From Dehalococcoidia bacterium (GTDB lineage: Bacteria > Chloroflexota > Dehalococcoidia > GIF9 > UBA5629), in assembly GCA_050011565.1 (NCBI GenBank), contig JBEKIW010000002.1:64001-128000 (forward strand): 64,000 bases of DNA, given 5' to 3'. Below the pieces are notes generated by a model. That model had not been told where the DNA came from. It searched no databases and was given only the letters and a program-made list of their open reading frames with translations. Every line of letters begins with the position of its first letter. Position 1 is the stretch's first letter. The position numbers were made by a program, and so were the translations under genes. Below, piece after piece: positions 9,232-19,273 of this stretch.

Positions 9232-9699
9232 ATGGGGCAAAAGAAAATCCTTATTACTCAAGAGGGGTTAGCTAAACTACACTCTGAGCTGGACCACTTA
9301 CTTTCGGTACGAAGGCAAGAGATAGCCGGCAAAATTAAGCGCGCCCGAGAAATGGGAGGCACTGAGAACAACGCTGAATACGAAGATGCCAAAAATGACC
9401 AGGCTTTTGTCGAGGGCAGAATATTGATGCTGGAGAACATCGTTAATAACGCAACAGTCATCGAATCGCCAGCCTTACCGGGTGTAGTAGAAATGGGTGA
9501 TAAGGTGCTCATCCAAAACCAGGACGGCAAGATAGAGCAATTCACCATTGTGGGTAGCGCCGAAGCCAGTCCTGTTGAGGGTAAAATTTCCAATGAATCA
9601 CCGGTAGGAAAAGCCCTGCTGGGTAAAAAAATCGGCGACGAGGTCGAGGTCACCACACCGGCCGGGTTGCTTAAGCTCCTGATAATGGACGTAAGTTGA
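9232..9699 (+). CDS. greA: Transcription elongation factor GreA
   Basis: ENNAEYEDAK, ISNESPVGKALLGK and TPAG motifs. Confidence 0.97.
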   Translation: MGQKKILITQEGLAKLHSELDHLLSVRRQEIAGKIKRAREMGGTENNAEYEDAKNDQAFVEGRILMLENIVNNATVIESPALPGVVEMGDKVLIQNQDGKIEQFTIVGSAEASPVEGKISNESPVGKALLGKKIGDEVEVTTPAGLLKLLIMDVS

Positions 9700-9745
9700 C
9701 TATTCGCTCCTTAGAATATTCCTTCATCACGGACTGCTGCGTACC

Positions 9746-11251
9746 ATGGCCAGACTAAAGCATATAGCCCAACAGCGCCTGGATAAGTTAGAAAAAATTC
9801 GGGGTCAGGGAATAAATCCGTACCCTCGTTCTTATCACCGCAGCCATACTACCCAAGAAGCGGTAGCCCTTTACCAGCAGACAGAATCAAGTCCGAATAA
9901 CATACCCAGTCCGGAATTCAATCTCGCCGGTAGAATTACAGCCATTCGATTCATAGGTAAGATTGCTTTCTTCGACATCCGCGATGGTTCAGGCAAAATT
10001 CAAGTTTTTTTCAGCCATGACATCATCGGCAATGAAAAGTATGAATTTCTCCATGAAATAGATATCGGTGACATTATCGGTGTCACTGGCAAGCTTTTCA
10101 GGACCAGGGCAGGCGAAATCAGTATTGAGGTCAAAGACTTCACCCTGTTGGCTAAATCTCTGCAGCCGCTGCCGGAGAAATGGCATGGGTTGGTGGATGT
10201 TGAGAAGCGGTACCGGCAACGTTACCTCGACCTGATATCCAACGAAGAAGTTAAGCCCATTTTTAGATTGCGCAGCCAGGTTATCTCAGCTTTGAGACGT
10301 TTCTTAAACGAGCGAGGATTTATCGAGGTGGAGACACCGGTACTGCAGCCGGTGGCGGGAGGAGCCCTGGCCCGGCGCTTCAAAACACACCATCAAGCGC
10401 TGGACCAGGACCTGCACCTTCGCATTGCGCTGGAGCTTTATTTGAAACGTCTAATAGTAGGCGGCTTCGATAAGGTTTACGAGATCGGCCGCGTATTCCG
10501 CAATGAAGGCATATCCACAAAACATAACCCCGAGTTTACCATGTTGGAAATCTACGAAGCCTATGCTGACTACAATGATATGATGACGCTGTTTGAAGAT
10601 ATGGTAAGCTACATTGCCCGAGAAATCGTGGACAAGACCAGGATTAAATTCGGCGAAGAGTCCATCAACCTCGAATCTCCCTGGCGCCATATCTACCTGC
10701 GTGAAGCCATAAAAGAGCGCTGTGGCATTGACTTTGAGGATTATCCGGATGCTGACTCACTGCGCCGGAGGATGGAACAACTGGGGCCGGAAGTCGACCC
10801 TCAAAAAGACAGAGGTCGTTTAGTTGATGAGCTTATATCCACATTCGTTGAGCCTGGTTTAATGCAGCCCACGTTTCTCGTGGATTATCCCGTAGAAATG
10901 TCTCCTCTGGCTAAGAGAAAGCAAGACAATGAACGCCTGGTCGAGCGCTTTGAGGCTTTTATCGGCGGCATGGAAGTCGCCAACGCCTTTACCGAGCTAA
11001 ACGACCCCATTGAGCAAAGAGAGCGTTTCCGCAAACAGAAGGAAATGCAATCCGCAGAGTCAGTTAAAACGAAATCGGGTGAAGAAGAACGCGAGGTAGA
11101 TGTCATCGATGAGGACTTTCTCCTGGCCATGGAATATGGCATGCCGCCTACCGGCGGTCTGGGAGTAGGCATCGACCGTTTGGCCATGTTGTTCTCTGAT
11201 AAACAGTCCATACGTGAGGTTATCCTCTTCCCGCAGCTAAAAACAAAATAG
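9746..11251 (+). CDS. lysS: Lysine--tRNA ligase (class II)
   Basis: RYRQRYLDL, FRNEGISTKHNPEFTMLE, GMPPTGGLGVGIDRL. Confidence 0.98.
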   Translation: MARLKHIAQQRLDKLEKIRGQGINPYPRSYHRSHTTQEAVALYQQTESSPNNIPSPEFNLAGRITAIRFIGKIAFFDIRDGSGKIQVFFSHDIIGNEKYEFLHEIDIGDIIGVTGKLFRTRAGEISIEVKDFTLLAKSLQPLPEKWHGLVDVEKRYRQRYLDLISNEEVKPIFRLRSQVISALRRFLNERGFIEVETPVLQPVAGGALARRFKTHHQALDQDLHLRIALELYLKRLIVGGFDKVYEIGRVFRNEGISTKHNPEFTMLEIYEAYADYNDMMTLFEDMVSYIAREIVDKTRIKFGEESINLESPWRHIYLREAIKERCGIDFEDYPDADSLRRRMEQLGPEVDPQKDRGRLVDELISTFVEPGLMQPTFLVDYPVEMSPLAKRKQDNERLVERFEAFIGGMEVANAFTELNDPIEQRERFRKQKEMQSAESVKTKSGEEEREVDVIDEDFLLAMEYGMPPTGGLGVGIDRLAMLFSDKQSIREVILFPQLKTK

Positions 11252-11266
11252 CAAAGTGAATTCATC

Positions 11267-12532
11267 GTGCTGGATACAAAGTTAATCCGCGACAATCCTG
11301 AAATAGTCCGCGAAGCTATGGAAAAGCGAGGCGAGAAGGCTCCGCTTGACCAAATAATGAGCCTCGACGAGCAACGCCGGCAGCTCCTCCACGAGATGGA
11401 GACTCTCAGGGCACAACGTAATGAGGTCAGTAAACAAATAGGTAAAATGGCGGACAAGCCAACAAAGCTTATTGCCGAAATGCGCCAGCTCGGTGAAAAG
11501 GTAACTTCCCTCGAGGCCGAAATATCCCGGGTAGAATCCGAACTAAATGACCTTCTCCTGCGATTGCCTAACATCCCGGCGGCTGATGTGCCTGTGGGCA
11601 AAGATACACAGGACAACATAGTGGTGCGCTCCTGGGGTAAACCAACGGATATTTCATTTACTCCGTTACCGCACTGGGAGCTAGCGGAGAAGCTAGATAT
11701 TATCGATTTCCAGCGTGGAGTCAAGCTTTCCGGCAGTCGCTTTTATGTACTTAAAGGCCAGGGCGCTCATCTCCAGCGTGCCCTCATCACCTTCATGCTG
11801 GACCTCCACGTCAAAGAGCACGGCTACACAGAAATCTATCCGCCTTTCATGGTAAAACGTGAATGTATGGTTGGCTCGGGCAATTTACCCAAATTTGCCG
11901 ATAACCTGTACCACGATGAAGAGGATGATTTCTGGTTTGTGCCTACCGCTGAGGTGCCCTTGACCAATTTACATCGCGATGAAGTCCTGCCGCCCGGTAC
12001 TTTACCTCTCTATTATGTCGCTTACACCGCTTGCTTCCGCCGAGAGAAAATGGCAGCCGGCAAAGACACCAGAGGTATCAAGAGAGGACACCAATTTGAT
12101 AAAGTTGAGCTCTACAAGTTCACTGAGCCGGAAACCTCTGATATGGAGCTGGAGAAGTTAGTTGTGAATGCTGAAGATGTAAGCCGCCGACTGGGCATAC
12201 CTTACCGTGTAGTACAATTATGCACCGGGGACCTGGGCTTTGCCTCGGCTAAATCATTCGATATTGAAATGTGGGCTCCCGGCAGCGGCGAATGGTTAGA
12301 GGTCAGTTCATGCAGCAATTGCGGTGACTTCCAAGCGAGGCGGGCAAACATTCGCTATCGCCCCGATGCTAAAGCTAAGCCAAGCTTTGTCCATACTCTT
12401 AACGGTTCGGGATTGGCTTTACCCCGGGTACTTATTGCGCTGCTGGAGAACTACCAGCAAGCTGATGGCAGCATAAAAGTGCCCGAGGTACTGATACCAT
12501 TTATGGGCACGGAGATTATCAACAAGGTCTGA
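11267..12532 (+). CDS. serS: Serine--tRNA ligase
   Basis: PTAEVP, FRRE, HQFDKVEL, EVSSCSNC, HTLNGSGLA. Confidence 0.98.
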   Translation: MLDTKLIRDNPEIVREAMEKRGEKAPLDQIMSLDEQRRQLLHEMETLRAQRNEVSKQIGKMADKPTKLIAEMRQLGEKVTSLEAEISRVESELNDLLLRLPNIPAADVPVGKDTQDNIVVRSWGKPTDISFTPLPHWELAEKLDIIDFQRGVKLSGSRFYVLKGQGAHLQRALITFMLDLHVKEHGYTEIYPPFMVKRECMVGSGNLPKFADNLYHDEEDDFWFVPTAEVPLTNLHRDEVLPPGTLPLYYVAYTACFRREKMAAGKDTRGIKRGHQFDKVELYKFTEPETSDMELEKLVVNAEDVSRRLGIPYRVVQLCTGDLGFASAKSFDIEMWAPGSGEWLEVSSCSNCGDFQARRANIRYRPDAKAKPSFVHTLNGSGLALPRVLIALLENYQQADGSIKVPEVLIPFMGTEIINKV

Positions 12533-12537
12533 GAGCT

Positions 12538-12891
12538 ATGCCGGACAATTCAAAGCCCCGCTACGCCTGCCCTCGATGCTCAACTAAAATCAAGTCCCAA
12601 TTCGGAAACTGCCCTAATTGTGGCTATATCGGTGGCATGGAAGATAAGGATATCTATCTACGAGGTAAAAATGCCGCCGGCAAACCGGTAAAAGTCGACC
12701 CTCCGACCCCACAGGCTGACAGCACCAGGCAGAAAAAATCTAGAAGTACCGAAATACTGGCTAGATATACGTGCCCCCGCTGCGGCGCCAAAGCTGGCAA
12801 GGCATTCGGCCGCTGCCAGAATTATCGCAGTTGCGGCTATTCCGGACCTATGAAAACCAGCGCTGTCAGCAAGCCTAAACCAAAATCATAA
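12538..12891 (+). CDS. Small double zinc-ribbon protein
   Basis: Two units: RYACPRC...CPNCGY and RYTCPRC...CQNYRSCGY. Confidence 0.7.
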   Translation: MPDNSKPRYACPRCSTKIKSQFGNCPNCGYIGGMEDKDIYLRGKNAAGKPVKVDPPTPQADSTRQKKSRSTEILARYTCPRCGAKAGKAFGRCQNYRSCGYSGPMKTSAVSKPKPKS

Positions 12892-13049
12892 TTATCAGAA
12901 CACTTACCATTACCTCTTCAAATCAACAGGTAAATTTATTAACACCTTTTTTCTTTTTAAGTTACTGACGTGTATAATCTAGGGCAAATATTTAGGCGCC
13001 TATCTAAACGAAAGATTGAACAGAACATAAAGGTAAAAAAAGGACCCGT

Positions 13050-14732
13050 GTGCAAAAGATAATATTGTGTCCCAGATGCCGCGTACAGGTAAAAAGGGAT
13101 AATTTAGGCGAGCTCCTGTGTCCCAATTGCAACCTGCGGCTATGTCCCAAGGCTCACATTTTTGACGGCAAAATATGTCCCTATTGCGGCTGGGAAGACC
13201 CTAACTACAGCCTGTGGCTGAAAGCACAGAAAGCCCGGCTACGTAGTCCTGAATCCAGGACAAAGGACGAGGCCACTGAAATCAAGACCCAGTACATCTG
13301 CTCTAATTGTGGCATTAGCGTGGACACAACTAAAGTGGATTGCCCCAACTGCGGTTTACTCGGGGCTAAATATCGGGCGGCAAAGGCTGCACCAACAGGA
13401 GCTATATCAACGCCAGCCAGGTCCACGGCGCCGATGAAACCCATCCTGGACAGTATACCACGTGAAACAAAGCAGAAAAGGGTCGGTGAACCAGCCAAAA
13501 GCACTTTTGTAAAAGAGGTAGCCGGGACTGAAGGGACACATTGGCAATTTCCCCCGTTAAGACAGTTTGTAAGGCCGGTTCTGGCCAGCACGCTGGCGGG
13601 TATTGTTATTACCGGGCTCGTCTTTGCCGGAATTTATACCGCTCGATTCTTCACCCGGGATGCTACACCCGGGATTCTGCCGCCAGTCACAGCTATCACA
13701 CCATCCAATACTTATATGCTGAGCACGAATGTGGTTCCCGAAACAGGTGGCGAAATCAGGATAGTATCTCCCTCATCCGGCAATGGCACGTTTGACCCGG
13801 GTAGCCAGGTCACATTAACAGCCGTGCCCAGCGACTGCCATACCTTTAGCTATTGGGATGGCGTCGCGGATTCGTCGGAGACTGTCACCATTACCATGGA
13901 CTCGGATAAAACTATCACCGCAAATTTTCGACTCAAAGATGCGACATCGCCGGTCATTTCAGAAGTCAAAGCCGATAGTAACTCAGATATAAGCACCACT
14001 ATAACCTGGTTAACGGATAAGCCTGCCACCGGTCAGGTTGATTATGGGAAGACAAAAGACTACGGCCTGAGCGCCATATCGAATGATGAACTGACCACCA
14101 ACCACAAGGTCCGGATGACCGGACTCGAACCTAACACAACATACTATTTCTCGGTGAAGTCAACGGACAACTGCGGAAACGAAGCCAACGAAACTAAAAT
14201 GATTACTACCGCCCGTGAAATAACATTTGGCGAGAGGGTTGGGGAACGTGCTCTAGACTTCACCTTGCCCTACTACAATGACGATAACCCCGAATCGCCA
14301 AATAAGGCAGGCAAAACCGAGACGTTAAGTACATATATAGGGAAAAAGAAGATATTGCTTAACTTCTGGAGTACGTACTGCGGAGCCTGCATAGGCGAAT
14401 TTCCCTATATCCGGGGAATATATGAAGATGAAAATTTGGCGGACAGTAACTCTGCAAATTCAGATTTTGTGGTACTTACTGTATGCATTGACAGCAAAAT
14501 TGACGAGGCGCCGGACCGTATAAAGTCACTTGAAGGCAAATTTAGTAGCGACACCGGGCCTTTCACATTTCCCATCCTGTTCGATTCAGTGGGGCAAACT
14601 AAGAAAGACTACCACATCTGGACTATACCTGAAACCATTTTTATCGACTCAGACGGAATTATCAGAGAAATCAAGCTTGGACGGTTCCAAAATATAGAGG
14701 AAATAGAAGCTATACTCAAATCTCTTGACTAA
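13050..14732 (+). CDS. Membrane protein: Zn-ribbons / TM / InlB-B-like repeat / FN3-like / TlpA-type thioredoxin domain
   Basis: N-terminal CxxC pairs; one TM (LAGIVITGLVFAGIY); VTLTAVP...F..W.G...ITMD.DKTITANF repeat; W.TD.PA.GQV.YG...H.V..TGL.PNTTYYF FN3 unit; LNFWSTYCGAC and IPETIFID redoxin motifs. Confidence 0.85.
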   Translation: MQKIILCPRCRVQVKRDNLGELLCPNCNLRLCPKAHIFDGKICPYCGWEDPNYSLWLKAQKARLRSPESRTKDEATEIKTQYICSNCGISVDTTKVDCPNCGLLGAKYRAAKAAPTGAISTPARSTAPMKPILDSIPRETKQKRVGEPAKSTFVKEVAGTEGTHWQFPPLRQFVRPVLASTLAGIVITGLVFAGIYTARFFTRDATPGILPPVTAITPSNTYMLSTNVVPETGGEIRIVSPSSGNGTFDPGSQVTLTAVPSDCHTFSYWDGVADSSETVTITMDSDKTITANFRLKDATSPVISEVKADSNSDISTTITWLTDKPATGQVDYGKTKDYGLSAISNDELTTNHKVRMTGLEPNTTYYFSVKSTDNCGNEANETKMITTAREITFGERVGERALDFTLPYYNDDNPESPNKAGKTETLSTYIGKKKILLNFWSTYCGACIGEFPYIRGIYEDENLADSNSANSDFVVLTVCIDSKIDEAPDRIKSLEGKFSSDTGPFTFPILFDSVGQTKKDYHIWTIPETIFIDSDGIIREIKLGRFQNIEEIEAILKSLD

Positions 14733-14897
14733 TTTACTGATTTTTCTATATTGCTCAACTACACTTTAGCCCGATGCCGGCAAATTGCTCCCCTATGTGA
14801 AAGTTTTTAGTAATTTTTAGCTAAGTGTATAATTATATAGAGTAGATATACAGAATGCATAGTAAAGTTTATAAGGAAAGCAACTCAAACGACCAGG

Positions 14898-16808
14898 GTG
14901 CCGAAAAAATCGGAGAACGGTAATAGCGTGCAACCTAGAATAACTCTATGCTCTGTTTGCCACTCACAAATGCCCGCCGGCCAGTCTCTCTGTAAAAACT
15001 GCGGCTCAACGCTATGCCCGCATTGCCGAGAGCTTCTGCCGCAAAGGTCGAGGTATTGTCCGAAATGTGGATTCCTCAGTATTGCAGAAGAACAAAGCCC
15101 GGTCAGAAAATCAGCCCCATCATCCATATCAGCCAGGCCCCAAGCTATCCCGATTCCGCGCGTCTCTGTTGCTGCGTCACAACCTATGGCACAGGCCGCC
15201 GTACCCCAGCAGCCATTCGGGACTCCTCCGGTGCCGCATCAGCGTAACTGTCCCAAATGCGGCGCCACCATTGACCATGAGTTGGGGCGCTGCTCCGGCT
15301 GCGGCCTGCTTTATGGAGGCAAACATCGGGTGATGCAACAACAAACGCCGCCGGCGACAGCACCGGCACGCCCTGCACTTCCACCTAGACCACAAAGTTT
15401 TATGAGGCAACAACCGCCGGCAGCCAAGGCTAGGCCTCAATACGGTAATCCCATGCCTGGCGTTCCTGTGCCAAGTGTGCCCAGCTTTGGAAGGAGTCCA
15501 ACAAATTATGGTTCGCCCGGTCTTCCGCCACAGGGCGGCATACTAATGCCAATACCAAGTGTGGCCCCGGCGACTGTCGGCGCTGCGCCTACCAGCGTAC
15601 CCATGGCACCAAGGCCTTATCGATATCAAGCGGCACCGCCAGTTTCTGACACGCGGCTTGCTCCAGTCTCGCGCAAGGGGGGATTATCCGGCTTCGCTAT
15701 TACTATGATTATTATCATGTGCCTTCTTATCGGCGGCGGCATCTACTACTTCCTCAACCGAACCGGGACGACATCGACTCCAGATAATGCCGTAAGCACC
15801 TCAACTCTTACAATGCAAAACCCCCCTATTACATCGACAACCGAAACGGGCGCTACTATTAAATGGACGACCGACAAACCGTCTACTAGCCTGGTTAAAA
15901 TAACCGATGCGAGTGGTGCGGCTATTAAAACAATACCCGAGGAAACCTTGTCCTCCAGCCACTCTATAACTATAAGCGGCCTTAGTCCCAGCACGACGTA
16001 CCACTACACTGTGGTATCTACAGATGCTGCCGGCATTGAAACAACATCCGAGGGGAAACTGACAACGACAACCGCAGCCACAACTGACAAGACCGCGCCA
16101 ACAATCTCAGGAGTTAACGTTTCCAACATTACTGAATCCGGCGCTGTCATCACCTGGATAACGGATGAACCTGCCACCAGCCAGGTTAAATACGAAAAAA
16201 CTGAAAAAACTAGCTCGACGACGCCAGTAAATAAGAATCTCACTACCAGCCACAGTGTCATACTAACCAAACTCGACTCCGGCACAGCGTATAGCTTCAC
16301 TATAATATCCAAAGACGCCGCTGGTAACGAGGCTACGTCCTCAGCCAGCCAAACATTCACGACTCTCACTCCTATCCCGGTCGGTACTCAAGTCGGCAAC
16401 CGCGCCCCAGACTTCACGCTTCAAAACCTCGACGGACAGAATGTGACCTTAAGCAGTTACAGAGGTAAGACCGTCATGATTAACTTCTGGGCCGTCTGGT
16501 GCGACCCCTGTGTCAAGGAATTGCCTTCCATCCAGAATGTTTCTAAGGAATGGTCCAGTAAAGGACTGGTCGTACTCGCTATCGCCGTAAATAACAACGA
16601 ACAACTTGACACCGTTGAACAATACATTACACAAAAGAGCTATACTTTTCCGGTGCTGTTCGATGCGCCAGGTCAGGCTGAAAGTCTTTACAACGTCAGT
16701 ACACTGCCCACAACCTTTTTCATCGATACCGAAGGCGTCATCAGGAAAATGCAGGTGGGGTCTTTCCAGGACCAGGACGGCATAGAATCCATACTCAACT
16801 CCCTCTAA
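14898..16808 (+). CDS. Membrane protein: Zn-ribbons / Pro-rich linker / TM / 2x FN3-like / TlpA-type thioredoxin domain
   Basis: Six CxxC motifs, long Pro/Gln-rich linker, TM (FAITMIIIMCLLIGGGIYYFL), two WxTD.P.TS.V FN3 units, APDFTL...INFWAVWCDPC...LPTTFFID. Confidence 0.87.
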   Translation: MPKKSENGNSVQPRITLCSVCHSQMPAGQSLCKNCGSTLCPHCRELLPQRSRYCPKCGFLSIAEEQSPVRKSAPSSISARPQAIPIPRVSVAASQPMAQAAVPQQPFGTPPVPHQRNCPKCGATIDHELGRCSGCGLLYGGKHRVMQQQTPPATAPARPALPPRPQSFMRQQPPAAKARPQYGNPMPGVPVPSVPSFGRSPTNYGSPGLPPQGGILMPIPSVAPATVGAAPTSVPMAPRPYRYQAAPPVSDTRLAPVSRKGGLSGFAITMIIIMCLLIGGGIYYFLNRTGTTSTPDNAVSTSTLTMQNPPITSTTETGATIKWTTDKPSTSLVKITDASGAAIKTIPEETLSSSHSITISGLSPSTTYHYTVVSTDAAGIETTSEGKLTTTTAATTDKTAPTISGVNVSNITESGAVITWITDEPATSQVKYEKTEKTSSTTPVNKNLTTSHSVILTKLDSGTAYSFTIISKDAAGNEATSSASQTFTTLTPIPVGTQVGNRAPDFTLQNLDGQNVTLSSYRGKTVMINFWAVWCDPCVKELPSIQNVSKEWSSKGLVVLAIAVNNNEQLDTVEQYITQKSYTFPVLFDAPGQAESLYNVSTLPTTFFIDTEGVIRKMQVGSFQDQDGIESILNSL

Positions 16809-16824
16809 TAATTCTGCATATACA

Positions 16825-16850
16825 TGTAGCCCCGAGGCTTTAGCCTCGGG
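16825..16850. repeat. GTAG-type REP-like palindrome
   Basis: TGTAGC then CCCGAGGCT-TT-AGCCTCGGG; core CGAGGCTTTAGCCTCG recurs at 33659-33674. Confidence 0.75.
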
Positions 16851-16862
16851 CAACCGACTATT

Positions 16863-16939
16863 TGTCATTGCGAGGGGCAAAGCCCCGAAGCAATCTCGGT
16901 GGGGAGGTGTGAGATTGCCACGCTTCGCTCGCAATGACA
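16863..16939. repeat. Palindromic miniature element (GTCATTGCGAG family)
   Basis: 12-bp terminal inverted repeat TGTCATTGCGAG / CTCGCAATGACA with internal GCAATCTC / GAGATTGC stem; GAGATTGCCACGC is shared with 47431-47443. Confidence 0.8.
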
Positions 16940-17036
16940 GATGGTAATTGCCTGTGCTCCGTGCATACCCCGTCAGAACTAAGGTAAAATCGTGGTTGCC
17001 AAACATACTTCTATTCCCTATACTAGGTTGGTTTTG

Positions 17037-17124
17037 GGAGGGGTGGCCGAGTGGACGATGGCGACGGTCTTGAAAACCGTTTTCGTGAAAGCGAACGTGG
17101 GTTCGAATCCCACCCCCTCCGCCA
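17037..17124 (+). tRNA. tRNA-Ser (anticodon TGA)
   Basis: Acceptor GGAGGGG/CCCCTCC, anticodon stem ACGGT-CTTGAAA-ACCGT, long variable arm, GTGGG-TTCGAAT-CCCAC T arm, discriminator G, encoded CCA. Confidence 0.97.
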
Positions 17125-17193
17125 TATCGCCGTAATTAAAATTAATCGCTGTAATGACGGATAATCGCCGTAATCTGAATTAATCTTTGTAAT
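17125..17193. repeat. Four direct repeats with an exact 19-bp period (consensus TAATCGCCGTAAT + 6 nt)
   Basis: ATC cores start at 17126, 17145, 17164 and 17183. Confidence 0.8.
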
Positions 17194-17216
17194 CATATGT
17201 AAAAGGAGACAACCGG

Positions 17217-18389
17217 ATGAAAATCCACGAATACCAGGCCAAGGCGCTGCTGTCCGAATTCGGCATCCCTGTACCCAAAGGTGCTATAGCCAGCACGCCA
17301 GCCGAAGCCGAAACGATAGCCGCTCAGCTTGGAGGTAAGGTGGCCATCAAAGCCCAGGTCTATGCCGGCGGCAGAGGCAAAGCCGGCAGCATAAAGGTGG
17401 CCAACACCCCCGAAGAGGCGGAAAAGCTGGCAGGACAGATAATCGGCACCAGGCTGGTGACACATCAAACAGGTCCGGAAGGCATACCTGTAAGCAAAGT
17501 CCTTGTGGAGAAGGCAGTCAGAGTACAGCGCGAGCTTTATCTCAGCATCATCGTAGATAATGCCAGCCGGATGCCGGTAATGATGGCCAGCGAAGCCGGC
17601 GGCATGGACATCGAGGAGGTAGCTCGAACAAGCCCGGAGAAAATCCTCAAGGTCTATGTCGACCCGTCGGCCGGTTTTCAAGCCTTCCAGGGGCGCAAGC
17701 TGGCCTACGGTATGAACTTAAGCCCGGCCCAGATAAGACCAGCCGCCAGTCTGATGGCAAACCTGTATAAGCTCTTTCAAGCCAAAGACTGCTCCCTGGC
17801 CGAAATTAACCCTCTGGTCGTCACCTCTGACGGTGAAATTATGGCTCTCGATGCCAAGCTGAACTTCGATGACAATGCCCTTTTCCGTCACAGCGATATA
17901 GAGCTGCTTCACGACGTGGAACAGGAAGACCCGCTTGAAGTTAAGGCTAACGACTTAGGTGTCAAGAACTACATCAAAATGGACGGCAATATCGGCTGCA
18001 TGGTTAACGGAGCCGGCCTGGCCATGGCGGTTATGGACCTTATCACCCAGGCCGGCGGCATTCCAGCCAATTTTCTAGATATCGGCACAGTTAATAATAC
18101 CGACCGGGTGGTCGCCGCCTTTAAGGTTTTCACCACCGACCCCAGCGTTAAGGCGATTTTGGTGAACATATTTGGCGGTATAGCCAGAGTAGATGTCATC
18201 GCCCGGGGAATAGTTGAAGCCCACCAGCAAATGGACATCCGGCTTCCACTGGTTGTCAGGTTAGCCGGCACCAATGTCGATGAAGGAAAAAGTATACTGT
18301 CACAATCCAAAATAAAGTTCATCGAGGCAACGAACTTCTATGATGCTGCCCGCAAAGCAGTAGCCGCAGCCAAGGGGGACAAAATTTGA
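17217..18389 (+). CDS. sucC: Succinate--CoA ligase (ADP-forming) beta subunit
   Basis: [49 protein letters not shown]. Confidence 0.95.
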   Translation: MKIHEYQAKALLSEFGIPVPKGAIASTPAEAETIAAQLGGKVAIKAQVYAGGRGKAGSIKVANTPEEAEKLAGQIIGTRLVTHQTGPEGIPVSKVLVEKAVRVQRELYLSIIVDNASRMPVMMASEAGGMDIEEVARTSPEKILKVYVDPSAGFQAFQGRKLAYGMNLSPAQIRPAASLMANLYKLFQAKDCSLAEINPLVVTSDGEIMALDAKLNFDDNALFRHSDIELLHDVEQEDPLEVKANDLGVKNYIKMDGNIGCMVNGAGLAMAVMDLITQAGGIPANFLDIGTVNNTDRVVAAFKVFTTDPSVKAILVNIFGGIARVDVIARGIVEAHQQMDIRLPLVVRLAGTNVDEGKSILSQSKIKFIEATNFYDAARKAVAAAKGDKI

Positions 18390-19273
18390 GCATCCTTATC
18401 GATAAAAAGACGCGCTTGCTGGTGCAGGGCATTACCGGTGGCGAGGGCAGCTTTCACACGCAGCGATGTATCGAGTATGGCACCAAAGTTGTCGCCGGCG
18501 TTACCCCGGGAAAGGGAGGCAGTGAGGCATTAGGCGTACCCGTCTTCAACACCGTAGCCGCGGCAGTAGAAAAAACCGGAGCCAACGCCAGCCTGATTTT
18601 CGTACCGGCAGCTTTTGCCGCTGACGCCATACTGGAAGCTGCCGATGCCGGCATTCCGCTGGTGGTGTGCATCACCGAGGGTATACCTATCCTGGATATG
18701 GTGATGGTACACAATTATCTCAAAGATAAATCAACCCGACTTATCGGCCCCAACTGCCCCGGCCTCATATCCCCCGGAAAATGCAAGGCAGGGCTTATGG
18801 CCGGCGAAATCCATCTGCCGGGCAATGTCGGCGTCGTCTCCCGCAGCGGCACGCTGACCTATGAAACAGTTGCCCAGCTAACCGGCCTGGGCATCGGCCA
18901 GTCTACATGCGTCGGTATCGGCGGCGACCCTCTACCCGGCAGCACTTTCGTGGACATACTTGAACTGTTCCAAAAAGACAAAGATACTAAGGCGGTAGTG
19001 CTCATCGGCGAAATCGGCGGCACCGCAGAGCAGGATGCTGCCAGATTCGTTAAGGGAAAAATGACCAAGCCGGTGGTCGCCTTCGTTGCCGGAGCCACAG
19101 CCCCACCGGGCAGGCGAATGGGCCATGCCGGAGCTATTATCAGCGGCAACTCAGGCAGAGCACAGGACAAGATAGCCGCGCTGGCCGCTGCTGGAGCTAC
19201 CATAGCCAAAAGCCCGGCTGAAATCGGACTCACCACGCAGAAGGTGTTACAGAAATGGAACGTTACCCACTAA
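18386..19273 (+). CDS. sucD: Succinate--CoA ligase alpha subunit
   Basis: [28 protein letters not shown] with the phosphorylated His. Confidence 0.96.
   Translation: MSILIDKKTRLLVQGITGGEGSFHTQRCIEYGTKVVAGVTPGKGGSEALGVPVFNTVAAAVEKTGANASLIFVPAAFAADAILEAADAGIPLVVCITEGIPILDMVMVHNYLKDKSTRLIGPNCPGLISPGKCKAGLMAGEIHLPGNVGVVSRSGTLTYETVAQLTGLGIGQSTCVGIGGDPLPGSTFVDILELFQKDKDTKAVVLIGEIGGTAEQDAARFVKGKMTKPVVAFVAGATAPPGRRMGHAGAIISGNSGRAQDKIAALAAAGATIAKSPAEIGLTTQKVLQKWNVTH

Noticed and set aside
10885-11724. 279-aa minus-strand ORF and the many similar antisense ORFs in the track
   Set aside because: They shadow well-supported genes (here lysS and serS) and have no motifs or RBS.
12980-13020. c-di-GMP-I riboswitch, suggested by GGGCAAA...CGAAAG
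   Set aside because: The flanking stem and the downstream GACGCAAAGC-like element are absent.
16449-17006. 185-aa minus-strand ORF
   Set aside because: It is read through the palindromic repeats and the antisense of the TlpA domain.
17037-17124. Selenocysteine or suppressor tRNA, suggested by the TGA triplet and long variable arm
   Set aside because: Anticodon TGA reads UCA (Ser). tRNA-Sec has anticodon TCA and an 8-bp acceptor stem; this one has 7 bp.
17125-17193. Mini-CRISPR array
   Set aside because: 13-nt repeats with 6-nt spacers are far too short, and no cas genes are present.
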